From the human T2T-CHM13v2.0 reference genome, Homo sapiens, in assembly GCF_009914755.1 (NCBI RefSeq), contig NC_060936.1: DNA of 64,000 nucleotides, one strand, 5' to 3'. The position numbers and the translations under genes are program-made. Below are positions 1 through 16,701 of the stretch, piece by piece (the first letter of the stretch is position 1; every line of letters starts with the position of its first letter). The notes beneath the pieces are model-generated. The model saw only the letters and a list, made by a program, of their open reading frames with translations. It had not been told where the DNA came from and did no database searches.

Positions 1-1124
1 GTCTTCTTTTTTTCTTTCTTTGTGAATGATTCTTAAAGAGTTCTGGGCATTTGCATGTGTACCAGACTTTTAAATTTCATGGACCAGTGAAAAAGAAAAA
101 AAAAAAGCTGAGGACTGATGGAGTGTTGCCAACATTTTATTTCACCATGAATATAAGAGAGAGGAAAAAAAAAGAACACCATCTTCTATCGTCTTTTCAC
201 AAAAGGAGATTTAATATCAAAACTGTGAAAGAAGAAATCTTGGAATAAAGGACAGTCTTTTAAGTGAAAGGTATAAGGGAAACTTGCTACATTGTCCTTT
301 TTTGTTGGGGACCAGTGAAAACCTCCACAAAGATATTTGGGAACCGCCACCTCACGAGCTGTATCCACACCCTCTTAACAGTTTGCTTCCAGCACTTTGT
401 TGTTCACTTTATTCTGTCAAGGTTATTCCTACCTGGCACTTTCCCTTCTCGCTCCAGTAACATTTAAAGACCTTTCCCCCGGCAAAGGCTTTGCTGCCAC
501 ACTGGAGAGCTTTGATCATCAATTCTGTTAGGCTGGTTGTCAAAGGAGCTGGTGGTGGAAAAAGCCCAGCAGAGGTGGCTGCTGTTAGCTCTGAGGAAAC
601 CGAGCAGCTGTTTGCTGTCGTTCCAGGGTTATCTCATAATTTATTGTGCGCAAAGGTGGCTTTACTGTTCTCCTTCATCCTTGTCCTCATCACCCAGGCT
701 CTGACAACCCAGTGCCTTTCATCTGGGTGCCATGACTCAAGGTCTTCACCATTTGTCTTGCTTTTCTTCAGGGCTTTCTGTAAGTTATTCGTGTCAGACA
801 CTGGAGTGTCTTCCAATGTCAAACACAAAATGCAGCCCTCCATAGAGAGAGGAGTCCTACTCTTTTGGCTTTGATTGGATTTCTTTCTGAGTTCCAACCA
901 AAACCTCTGCAAAATTGTGAAGAAGATGAAGTGTGTGGTGTGCCTGGACTTTCCTCTTTGCACCCTTCATTTCATTTCTATGTACCCTTTCTCCTGAGAG
1001 CTGGTGGCTTCACGCTGTCATTCTCTCTTCCTCCAGACTGTAAGTAATCTAATAAAATCACTCACACTAAGAGGTTAGGAGTTTAATTCTGTCTCTCCCA
1101 GCGGCTCTTGCACACAATGAAGTG

Positions 1125-1325
1125 GAAAGAGAGCCCAGCATTAGAGTTTGAAGGATTTAATTCCAGCCATGGCTCTACTTGCTGTTGCAGGACTTACGCA
1201 ATTCACATCATTTCTCTGGGACTCTGTTTCTCCTTCAGCAAAATGGGAATGATAGTAAGATCTACCTCACAGGTTTGATGTAAAAGTTAAATGAGATTGT
1301 CATAATGTTTTATCATCTGAAAGTG
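1125..1325 (+). mobile_element. MIR SINE, interrupted near its 3' end by the PGAM1 retrocopy
   Basis: MIR core: ctctgtttctccttcagcaaaatgggaatgatagtaagatctacctcacagg...ttaaatgaga. Confidence 0.75.
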
Positions 1326-3075
<1,750 letters not shown>

Positions 3076-3239
3076 TTAGTCCATAAATACTAGAAACTCA
3101 CTTGTGCTAGCTTGAGTAAGGATATTGGATTTGACCAATTAAGTGTCATACAGCACAAGATCAAGAAGGAACCCAAGACATTATCTTTCCCGTATGTAGC
3201 AGATCCTTCCAGGGTTCACAAATATCTGGTTCTTTTTAC

Positions 3240-4158
3240 CTTTGTAGGCACAAAGTGAAGTTAAATTTTCTAGTCTTCTTTGCATCTAGATAGAACTGTT
3301 ACCAAACCAAACTGGGTTCGTTTGCCTGCATGCAATGGAAAGCGAAACACTGAAGCACTGCATTTTTGCAGCAAAAAGGCTTATTGCCAGTGAACTGGCA
3401 AGGAGACAGGAGGAAATGCTCAAATCTGACTCCCCAAGCTGAGGGCTGGGTTGGGTTTCATAAGCATAGTGTAGTGAGGTGTGATCTGATTGGATCTTAC
3501 AATGCGGTGGTGCCAGGAGGCATGATCTGTTGGGATTCTGCCATGGAGTTACACCAGGGCTCAATCTGATTAGATTCTGGATCCTACCATGAAGGAATCC
3601 AAGACGTTCCAAGATGTCTGCTTCTTGATTCAGTCCTTGCCCCTCAGTGCAAGCACTTTGGTTCCACTTGTGGTTGCACGCTTGGTTCATCTGGGCATGC
3701 TCAGATTACATGACCTTCAACCTTGGGGTGGGGGGGTGGTCCATGGGACTAAAAAATAACTCACAACTTTGTTACATAGGAGTTGAACCAGATTGATCCA
3801 GGGCAGTTACAGAACTATGTGATTGAGTTCTGGCTAATGGATAGTGGAAGGAAGTGAGGTATGCCTATTCCAGCATACATCACAAAATGTCTCTTGTGAT
3901 CTTTCACGTTCTCTCTCTTCCTCCCCTCTCCTGGCTGGGATGATATCATGGGGCTCTTGAAGCCATAAGATGATGGAGACATGAGATAGAAGGAGCCTGG
4001 GTCCCTGAGTCACCACTTGGAAAGAGCTCACAGGAAAGCTATCTAACCAGCATCATCAGATTCGAATTTTTGCATGAGGAAGAAATAAACTTGTATTGTC
4101 TTAAGCTACTGAGATTTGGGGCTGTTTCTTATAGTGGGTAGTCTACCTTAATACATAC
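3240..4158 (+). mobile_element. MLT1 (ERVL-MaLR) LTR split by the ERV1 LTR
   Basis: agaaggagcctgggtccctgagtcaccacttgga ... agaaataaacttgtattgtcttaagctactgagatttgggg, typical of MLT1. Confidence 0.7.
3297..3811 (-). mobile_element. ERV1-class (MER4-group-like) solo LTR nested in an MLT1 LTR
   Basis: TG...CA ends; 4-bp TSD GAAC (3293-3296, 3812-3815). On the minus strand: CCAAT box (3486-3493), TATA-like (3456-3465) and poly(A)-signal-like (3380-3385) motifs. Confidence 0.8.
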
Positions 4159-5680
4159 ACTGTATCTCAGGTCTGCTTCTCCCTGCCCCCTGCATCTTGC
4201 TGCACACCACTTTCTCTGCCTTCTTATTCATCATGGTGGAAAAAAGGCCTCCAGGAACAACAACCAAGTTGACTTCTCTTCTATTCAGGGAAACAGGCTG
4301 ATTGCAACTAAAAACACTTCATTTATTTCAAATTCCTTTGAGAAGACTGGGTTAGGTCCAGCTGGTATTGGATGTTGACTGAACCAATCAACTTGTAGTG
4401 TCTATGAGGATAGGGGAAGGACAATACCCCAGAAAAATTGTGGTTGGCAGCCATCCTAAAATGTAGTTGACGCTGTGCTCCATGCTTGCAGTTAACATTT
4501 TTAAAAAGAAACATGGGGAGAGTGAAGACATACATTTCTTTTTATATACCCCAAAAGAATGAATCTCTATGGATGTCTTTTCAGTGTTCAGTTAGTGATT
4601 TACATTTTGGGGCTGGGTAGCTTTTCCCAATTGCTCTCAAATTATATAGCTTGAATGCAACAATATTGCCCATCCAGTGTTGGAAAGCACAGAGTTAGGG
4701 GCTGCAGGCTCTGGCCTGTGGGGCACACTGGACACAAGAACCATGCTAAAATATGCAGGTAAGTAAGGGGTAAGAATCATTATCCATGCATTGGTACTTA
4801 AAGTGTGGTGCAGCAAAGTCCATAAAGTGACCTTGACGTGGTGCTGCAAGATGTGGTGGACAAAAATTAGAGTTCGATTCTCTCCAAAGCTGATTCTCCA
4901 TGTATGCTTTCTCCTCTGCCTGAAACACCCTTTTCCCTTCACCAGCAGATAATCCTGGCTGACTTCAGGACTCAGCTCCAGCACACCTTCTAGAAATGGC
5001 CCACTTCCACTTAGGGTTAGGCCACCTCTCCTTTGTGCTCTGTTATAATACCCAAATGTGATTCAGTTTTTAAAAATAACATTTTTTCCCTTCAGTTGCA
5101 AAGGGAAAAAATGTTAATGCTACAAACTGAAAAGTCCAAATGAGCTCAAAAAAGAAAATAAGAGTCTCTCATTATTCCACTCTCTAGGGGAGTATACGTA
5201 CACACACACACACACACACACGTAACATGCTTCTAAAAATTTTTGCTTTTGTACTTTTATCTCTTAACAGTATGTCATGAAGATTTTCCCACTCATTTAC
5301 AATATGATTTATGAATATGTAGTAGCTTATGGAATCTCATAATTTCTTAACCAAATTCATATTGTTGGACATTTATGACTGTTTCTAATTTTTCATTATA
5401 GTAAATGAACTCCATTCAAGTCTGTCCTATTCAAGAGAACAGCCTGATTGCAACTAGATAGACTTGTATGTAAAGTTTTGCATATTTTCTTAGTTATTTC
5501 TTCAAGATAAAAACCTAGGATTAGATTGCTGGATCAAGAGGTATATAAACAAGGCAGGAAAGCAGAGAGTATTCATTACTGTCTTGGGTCCCTTTCTAAG
5601 AAAGAAGAGAATCTTTCTAGGTACCCCCTCTCCCTAGCAGATTTCCCTTTGTGTCTCATGGACAGAATTCCATCACATGC

Positions 5681-6036
5681 TGTATCAGTCTGTTCTCACG
5701 CTGCTAATAAAAACATACCCAAAACTGGATAATTTGTAAAGGAAAAAGGTTTAATTGACTCACAGTTCCGCATGGCTGGGGAGGCCTCACGATCATGGCA
5801 GAAGGCAAATGAGGAGCAAAGTCACGTCTTACATGGCGGCAGGCAAGAGGGCTTGTGCAGGGGAACTCCCATTTATAAAACCGTCAGAGCTCATGAGACT
5901 TATTCACTACCATGAGAACAGTATGAGGGAAACCACCCCCATGGTTCAGTTGTCTCCACCTGGCCCTGCACTTGACACATGGGGATTATTATAATTCAAG
6001 GTGAGATTTGGGTGGAGACACAGCCAAACCATATTA
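5681..6036 (-). mobile_element. THE1 (MaLR) solo LTR
   Basis: tgtatcagtctgttctcacgctgct...cacagccaaaccatatta; 5-bp TSD CATGC on both sides. Confidence 0.92.
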
Positions 6037-6650
6037 CATGCATATGCAGAAACTAGGTACCAGCAAGGGTAGTGAGACTATGATCAGTTTAGACCATCCA
6101 GATATTTCCTATAAGATTCAATACCTCAGAATTTTTTTTTTCTGTTAATTAGGAAGATTTGGGAGTAGCTGTGGTACAGGAACCAAGTCCTTTTCATACT
6201 TGCTACAGAATAATAAAATGTTTAAAAATCTGTTCTAAGTTAATAGGTAACAGTTCCTTCTTGTCATCTTTGTTTATATTTTATTGATTACTGGTAGATG
6301 TGAACAGTGTTTCAAATATGTATTGGTCATTGTATTTCTTCTGTGATTTACTGAGTCATATTATACCTATGCATCCTTTAAAAAGTGACTGTTTTATTTT
6401 TGAATTCTACGGAGCAGCAAATTATGTCAGCCATATAGTTAGCACAAAGTAAAAGCTCATCAGGTGAATAAACATGTATGTGCTTGCACACAGTTTGCTG
6501 TGTGTTTTGTAGTTATAAATAATAATAGATGGGAGAGTGGTTCCTAGTGCAATTGGCCTACAGAGACTAAAAAGTTGTGGAGAACAGACTTAAGGTAGTC
6601 CTGAAACAGAATAAGACATCAGGCAGTCACATCTAAAATTCAGCTTTCTG

Positions 6651-6956
6651 GGCCAGGCACAGTGGCTCACACCTGTAATTCCAACACCTTTGGAGAAGAC
6701 CAAGTTGGGTGGATCACTTGAGTCCAGTAATTCGAGACCAGCCTGGGCAACACGGCAAGACCCTGTCCCTACAAAAAATACAAAAATTAGCCAGGCATGG
6801 TGGTGCACATCTGTAGTCCCAGCTACTTGGGAGGCTGAGGCGGTAGGATCCCCTGAGTCCAGGGAAGTTGAGGTTGCAATGAGCCGTGATCATGCCACTG
6901 CACTCCAGACTAGACGACAGAGTGAGACCCTGTCTCAAAAGTAAAATAAAACAAAA
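6651..6956 (+). mobile_element. Alu (AluJ-like)
   Basis: Dimeric Alu with J-type right arm and A-rich tail. Confidence 0.93.
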
Positions 6957-8215
6957 CCCGACTTTCTTTTCTGTTAGTCTAATGTATTTTTTCACTGGCT
7001 AGCTTTTGAATCAATTTTACAATGATCACGACAATGTCATCTTTATTTAAGCTGAAAAATCTTTGTTGGGTTCGGAGAAAAAAAAATCTATCACTCAAAG
7101 GAAAAACAAGAACAATAACAAAAACTAGACATTAATTATGGAATTGTTGCCTGGCTGTAATCCTTTTGTTAGTGAGTCCTTGCATAATTATCACCCAGTT
7201 TAATGAGTGTGAATTTGCAGGTAGGAGAAATTATCATGATATCTTAAGGCTAAAATTACAGTGCTCTAGAGAGCAATGGCGAGAAACATCAGTCTATTGC
7301 CAGAAACCTAATATGGTGAGTCATCAGTTTGAATCCTGAGGTTTATGGAGATGGAATAAGCAGGAGGGACTCCCAGAAACTTCTTTTGACAATAGGAGGC
7401 TTGGCAGTTGGTCTTACAAACCCAGGAGCTTGAAGTTCTAAATGAGGAAAGTACACAATTTTAAAATGTCATGATAAAAAATGTAAAAGAAATCTTTTTT
7501 GTTTAGAGATTAAAAAAACAAGATCTACCTTCTATGGAGCCTTAAGCAAGTGAATAAGGTCTTCTTTAAAATGTAGCTAATGACATACATCAGCACAGCG
7601 AGAAATCAGCATTGCATCCAGGTAATGAATAATTATGTACCCTACGGTCTATCAATAACCAATTATCTGGTTATGCTAACATACCCAACCGTCATGTGCA
7701 AGTAGTTATTTAGATTTTGTAATAATTGATTATTGAATTGACTTTTACAATAATTTATCTAATTCTAACTGCTTATGCTTATGTTTTATTTTACCTTAAA
7801 GAATGAATGCATCAAATCACTTTCTTTTTTAAAAAAATAATTAAAAATTGAAATGACTTTTGCATGAAGGATATGCAGACCATTCAAAGACTGTGTAATT
7901 GATCAGAAGATTCTATAATTGTTTGCAAAAGCTAAAATTCTCCATCATCTTGACGGGAGAGCAATCAATAGCAATGACAAGCTGATGAGAATTACAAAGC
8001 ACATATGTGTTGAAATTCACTTACTCTTCAGGCATTCAGGTATGTGAAGAGATTATAGAAACATGCCGATAAGAAAGAGGCCATACAATTCTGACCAGTT
8101 TCCTCCCTGCCAAATCCACACGAGTCTCTGACCAGGGGTAGCATCCCCTAGAGCAGAAACCCTGCCCTGCTCATTCTATAAAATGATCACAGGTAGAGAA
8201 TTAACTTTGGACTGA

Positions 8216-8880
<665 letters not shown>

Positions 8881-9429
8881 TGATCAACAACTGGGTTTAT
8901 CAGGGGTATTGTTTCATGACTGTACCTTTCTTCATATGCATTTCCTTCCTCATTTTTATCAGCAACCATCAGCACACCTCATCAGCAATTACAGAATATG
9001 TAAGTTGGCTTCATTACTTTATTGAATAAGTATTTTTTAGGCATATAATAATGCAGCCATCCTAGACTTAAGCTTTGATTAGGATACAAAGAGGAATGAG
9101 CACCAGTCACTGCAATTGAGATCCTAACACTTTACACCTGAGTCATAAATAAATAAATGTTGTGGGCCACAAAAGGGTACTGAACTGAACAGGACCTGTG
9201 GGAACCCAAGGAGGGAGATTTCCAGAAGATTCCAGCAAGGTTTCCAAGGGAGGTGATATTTGAGTTTTACTAAGTAATAAAACTGCATGTAAAAGTTAAT
9301 ATCAACACTTTAAATGTTATAGACCATAAATTATGAAAAAATTAAGCATACAGAAAATATAGAAAATACTCTAATAGACTTTCATGTATCCAAATTTAAT
9401 ATAGGTAAGCTTTATTTTAGATATCTCCC

Positions 9430-9829
9430 TGAAATAGTCGGAATGTTTCTCCCCTCCAAATCTCATGCTGAAACCTGTTCCCCAATGTTGGAATTAGGGC
9501 CTAGTGGAAGCTAGGTTATGGGGGCAGATCCCTCATGAATAGCTTGGTGCCCTCCCTATGGTAATGAATGCGTTCTCACTCTGTTAGTTTACAAGAGCTG
9601 GTTGTTTAAAAGAGGCTGGCACCTCTCTTGCTCCCTCTCTCGCCATGTAACATGTCATCTCCCCCTTTGCCTTCTGCCATGATTGGAAGCTTCCTGAGGC
9701 TTCCCCAGAAACAGATGCTGGCACCATGCTTCTTGTACAGCCTACAAAACTGTGAGCCAAATAAACGTCTTTTCTTTATTAATTATCCGGCCTGTATTCT
9801 TTTGTAGCAATGCAAGATGGAGTAATACA
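9430..9829 (+). mobile_element. MST (MSTA/B) solo LTR inside an old L1M fragment
   Basis: MST consensus features; 5-bp TSD CTCCC (9425-9429, 9830-9834). Confidence 0.88.
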
Positions 9830-9989
9830 CTCCCCTTCATTTTTTTTTAATTTTTAGAAATAAAATGCAGTAGTTACAGCTGAAGTTCCATCTTTCTTCC
9901 CTTTATCTTTTCCTTGTCCAGAGGTAATAACTATCCTGAAATGGATAGGTATCACTACACATATTTTAGAATGCTTACTGTATTGGTAA

Positions 9990-10283
<294 letters not shown>

Positions 10284-10348
10284 TAAATAGGTTATTCCTT
10301 CACTTTTTTTTGGAAGGGCTATGAATTAGTAATGTAATGGGCATTTAT

Positions 10349-10380
10349 ACCTAGAGAATGCTTCTTTAAGAGCACAAGGG

Positions 10381-10428
<48 letters not shown>

Positions 10429-10647
10429 ATTAATTACTGTATATATGTTTGTGTATATATGTGTGTATGTATGTGTGTCATAGATCATAAATCATGAACA
10501 AATTAAACATACACAATTAAGAGCACAAGGGACATATACACACGCATATATATATATACACACACACATACACACACACATATATATACACTAATTAATT
10601 ACTATATATATATATTCCTTGTGCTCTTAAAGAAGTATTCTCTAGGT
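10349..10647. repeat. Imperfect ~300-bp inverted repeat containing (TA)n and (TG/CA)n microsatellites
   Basis: ACCTAGAGAATGCTTCTTTAAGAGCACAAGG (10349-10379) is the reverse complement of 10617-10647 at 30/31 positions. The inner arms also mirror each other (TAGTAATTAATTA / TAATTAATTACTA). Confidence 0.95.
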
Positions 10648-10993
10648 GCCTAGAAATGGAATTTTTAAACCCCATTTTAAAGAAACTCTGTGACTGCATT
10701 TTAATTGTTTCAAGAAGGTATTGTTCCTACCTAGGAAATTGCTTCATCATTTGAATGCAAATTGCAATAGGAACCTTGTCAGTAACAATAATAAAACAAC
10801 ACAATCATTAATTATTGGGGCTTCATATATGCCTGGCACTGTTACAAGTGGTGTTATAAGTGGTCATGCAATTAATTTACATGAGTTAATTACAAGAATT
10901 AATGCAAAATGTACATTTAATACACAATCATGTGGATAGTACCACTGATCCTCTAATTTTACTGGGTTGGACAGGAGTCCATCACACTCATAG

Positions 10994-11563
<570 letters not shown>

Positions 11564-12645
11564 ATCTAAACCATTCCCTCAGGCCCCAGCATCAATCACC
11601 ACAAATCTTTAGGCATGAGCATAATGAAATCAATCAGTCTTCCCTCCCTCCCTCCCGCTACCCTCCTCCTTTTCTCTCTCTCTCTCTCTCTCATTTTTTG
11701 CAAACATTTATTTCATGCTTACTAGTTGCACAGTACCAAACTGGGTGCTATGAAAAGAAAAATCAAATGATAAATATTGAGTAGTACATATGAAGAAATA
11801 TTTAGCGATGCTGGCAATTAATGAAAAGTTGCTGGCTTCAAGTGGATTTCACTTTATCTGAGAAGACAGTCACACGTGAAAAATTAAATAACAACTGTGA
11901 TTAAATGACAAATTACAGTTATAGAAATAACTCAGACACATCGTAATAATCCTGGCTAATGAGTATACAATTCAACATTTATAAGATGCTATATTTGTTT
12001 TTCTTCTAATAAGAATATCCCAGTAGCATTTTCAAGTAGAAATGTAATAATGTGTAGGTTCAGACACTTTAACAAAGATCAACTTAATCTGGTTTAAAAC
12101 AAAATAAAACTTTCTCTCATGTGACAGCCTGAAGGTAGTGATCCAGGGAGGTCCATATTTCAGCTTCTGGAAAGGGAAAAGGGAAATGCAGGTCATGCCC
12201 CCCTTTTTTATGGATTTACCTAAGAAGTTTCACACATGACTTCTGCTCACATCCCATTGGCCAGAGCTCAATCATATGGCCACATCTAGATGCAAAGGAG
12301 GCTGGGAAGTGTATCTTAGCTTAGTGGCCATGTCCCCAGCCAGAACTTGGGCGTTCCCTTATCAAAGATGGAAAAGGAGAGTGGATGTTAGGGAACAACT
12401 ACCATCTTTGCCTAAGAATTACTGTCCATTTTTATAGATGTAGAAAACTGAAAACAGAGAATGTAAATGACTTGCCCTTAATTACATAATCAATAACTGG
12501 TGGACTTGGAGTTGAAGTTCTGGCTTTTTTGTTTGTTCATTTTTGTTTGCTTCGTTTTAAGTCCATTGGCCTTTCCCTTCTATTAAACTCTTCAAGTGTA
12601 AAGCCATTCTATTTTAAACAATCCATAAAAGAAAATGTTGGTTTC

Positions 12646-13231
12646 TGTGATGGTTAATATTAGATGTCAACTTGATTGGATTGAAGGATGCTTAGATGGC
12701 TGGCAAATTGTTGTTTCTGGGTGTGTCTGTGAGGGTGTTGCCAGAGGAGACTGACATTTGAGTCAGTGGACTGGGAGGGGAAGACCTACCCTCAACGTAG
12801 TTAGGCACCAGGTAATCAGCTGCTAGTGCAGCTAGAGCAAAGCAGGTGGAAGACAGTGGGACAAGCTGGCTTGCTGAGTGTTCTGGCTTCCTTCTTTGTC
12901 CTGTGCTGGATGCTTCCTTCCGCTCCTACTGCCCTTGGACATCAGACTCCAGGTTCTTCAGTCTTCGGACTCTTAGACTTACACCCATGGTTTGCCAGGG
13001 CTCCTGGGCCTTTGGCCACAGACTGAAGGCTGCACTGTTGGCTTTGCTGCTTTTGAGGCTTTTGGACTCGGAATAAGCCACTACAACCTTCTCTCTTCCC
13101 CAGCTTACAGACAGCCTATTGTAAGATTTCACCTTATAATCATGTGAGCCAATTCTCCCTAATAAACTCATACACACACACACACACGCACACACCCTAC
13201 TTGTTCTGTCCCTCTGGAGAACCCTAATACA
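12646..13231 (+). mobile_element. MLT2A (HERV-L) solo LTR
   Basis: tgtgatggttaatattagatgtcaacttgattggattgaagg...gagaaccctaataca; 5-bp TSD GTTTC. Confidence 0.92.
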
Positions 13232-13826
13232 GTTTCCTACGTACTTTTTTTTTTTACAATACTCATTGTTAGGAATATTTTTCTGGAAGTAAATTAAGTT
13301 TCCGTTTACTGCAATTTCAATCCACTCTATTTTATTTAACCAACAAAATAGAACATAAAATATTAAAGATTCACTGTCCACTTTCTGACCAGACACTAAG
13401 CTCTCACTTGACTCGTACAGAATCTAAGTGTTCATAACCTCCAGCAGACACAAGTCATCCATTGATATGAGACCAAGGAGACTGAATCTACTTCCCCATT
13501 TCAAACCCATTCCAAATAATGCTTTCTTGTCAATATCTCAGACTGTGCCATCATGACTGAGATGGTGTTTTTTTGAACGTTGATGGTTTGCAGAGCACTG
13601 TAATAGTTTATGTGTGTGAAGGTGAATGTGCAACATGACCAAACAAATCAAACATCACTCTCCTTCCAGCTAAGAGTTTTCTTATGGGGCTAATAAAAGC
13701 CACAGCTGGCCAAGATTAAAAAGTTACTCATAAGAAGGTAGTTTGAGAAAAAAGAAATGACAAACTAGGAAAATAAAAAGTTATGAGCTTTTGTAGTATG
13801 AAAATAGATTTAATTAAGAATATTTA

Positions 13827-14160
<334 letters not shown>

Positions 14161-14221
14161 GAATAGATAATCTGAAATTGTGTTACAACCAGATTTGAAC
14201 CCAATAATAATTTTCCTAACA

Positions 14222-14321
14222 ATGTTGGCCAGGCTGGTCTTGAATTCCTGGCCTCAAGTGATCTGCCTACCTCAGCCTCCCAAAGTGCTAGGATTACAGG
14301 TGTAAGCCACTGCACCTGGCC
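14222..14321 (-). mobile_element. Alu left-arm fragment, inverted relative to the neighbouring Alu
   Basis: atgttggccaggctggtcttgaattcc...gccactgcacctggcc. Confidence 0.88.
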
Positions 14322-14760
14322 CCAATGATTTTTAAAAATACATTTGGGTCATTTCCCAACCAATAGGTCAACACGAGTTCAGATGATTTGGTGAAGGTAT
14401 TGACTCTTTCAACCTTTAATAAAAAGTGTTCAATGATAGTCTTATTAAGCTACCACGAATGAAAATAAAACATAAAAATGAGAAAGAAATTAGGAAAACA
14501 GTAACATAAAACTAAAAAAATTATTGATACAATTGTGTGATATTCATATATAGTCATTCATGGATATATTCAACATTTTCCTGGCCCATACAAGAATTGC
14601 AACAGGATTCACCTTATTCTTATGACATTTTACAGTTTAAAAAGTTTTTCATATAATTATTTTATTTGACATGAGGATGAATCAGATAGATAGCAACTCA
14701 ACTCAGGAGATTATGGTGGAATAGAGGATGTGAGAGTAATATGCAAATAACGGTAATATA

Positions 14761-15138
14761 CAGTCATACATCACATAAGCACATTTTGGTAAATGATATG
14801 CCACAAATATGACAGTGATCGCATAAGATTATAATGGAACTGCTCTATACAGATGTGCCATTAAAAATTTTTATACTGTATTTTTACTGTACCTTTTTTA
14901 TGTTTAGATATGTTTAGATACACAAGTACTTACTACCGTGCTACAATTACCTACAATATTCAGTACAGTAACATACTGTACAGTTTGTAGCCTAGGAGCA
15001 ATAGGCTATACCATATAACCTAGGTGTGCAGGAGGCTATGCTTGTATGATACACTCTATGATGGTATCACCTAATGATGAAATCACCTAACGATGTTTTT
15101 CTAAGAATGTATCTTTGTCATTAAGTGATGCATAATTG
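14761..15138. mobile_element. Tigger3/MER7-type (TcMar) element
   Basis: cagtcat...cataattg termini with TA flanks; internal cctaggagcaataggctataccatat. Confidence 0.85.
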
Positions 15139-16117
15139 TAATAGAAAAAGTGGTGAATATCATCAGGGAAGTTGCAAGGCAATTCCGAGAAGGGAGCAAT
15201 GGTTTTTCGTTGAGGAGGAGGGAGAGAGTGTGTCTTTGATACACAAGTGATACTTCTATCTGCTATACTCTGTTCCAAGCATCAGCACCCCTCAGCAGGA
15301 TGATTGCAACAGCCGCTTAACTCGTCTCCATACATGCCCTTAACTTTACTCCACTCCTGCCCTTTGATGTTCTTTTCTGTTTTGCAAGGGACTGGAACCC
15401 TGAAAACTACATTTCCCAGACTCCCAGCTGTTCTCTGGTTAGATTCTGCTAGTAGGAAGCACTGGCTGGAGATTAGAATATGCTCTTATTTAATTATCTA
15501 CTCTGAAAGCTAACCATTGGCATTAGGTGAGGATCTCTGCCTTTATGAGCTTTTCCTAAACAAAGCTGGACTTCTTAAGCAAAGCTTACTTTTACTATGG
15601 CAGAGAAAACAACAACAACAACAACAAATGGTTAAGCTGAAGTTTGCTTTCAGGTCCCTGGCATTCTTTTTTAGCTTTATCTTACTCTTCCATCAAACCT
15701 CCTCAGTTGGCAACTAATGCTTTACTTTTGCCTACCTGAAGAAAAATAGCTCATAAACATATTGAGTCTAGTAAGGCCCAGGAAGGGGCAGTGCTAGTTC
15801 ATTCAGAGTCTTTGCATGCAGTGGAAAAGGCTGCCTTCTTCCATTAAGACAAAGCCCTAGGACAGGCTCACAGTTTGGCAAGGGGAGCACAGGCTGTATT
15901 TTGACCTCCTCCTACCTGCTTAGTCAGGTGTCTTTGCTCAGTGGACAATCTGCAGAACTGTATATAGCTGGTCAAGACAATACCTCAGACCTACTCACTG
16001 GAGTTCACCACTGGGGACTTTGTTCCTACCACTGAGATCTTCCCTTAAGACCATTACTGGTGCCATTTCATAGATGCCCAACCATCCATTTCCCTACTTA
16101 TTCATTCATTAATTATT

Positions 16118-16701
<584 letters not shown>

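Noticed and set aside
81-345. GGACCAGTGAAAA repeated at 81 and 309
   Set aside because: Probably subterminal repeats of a decayed hAT-type transposon (ends tttgggaacc). I cannot assign a family or function.
7560-7800. AT-rich stretch with short hairpins (ATAACCA-N6-TGGTTAT), possibly a conserved element or ncRNA
   Set aside because: Stems of 6-7 bp are expected by chance in AT-rich DNA. Conservation data would be needed.
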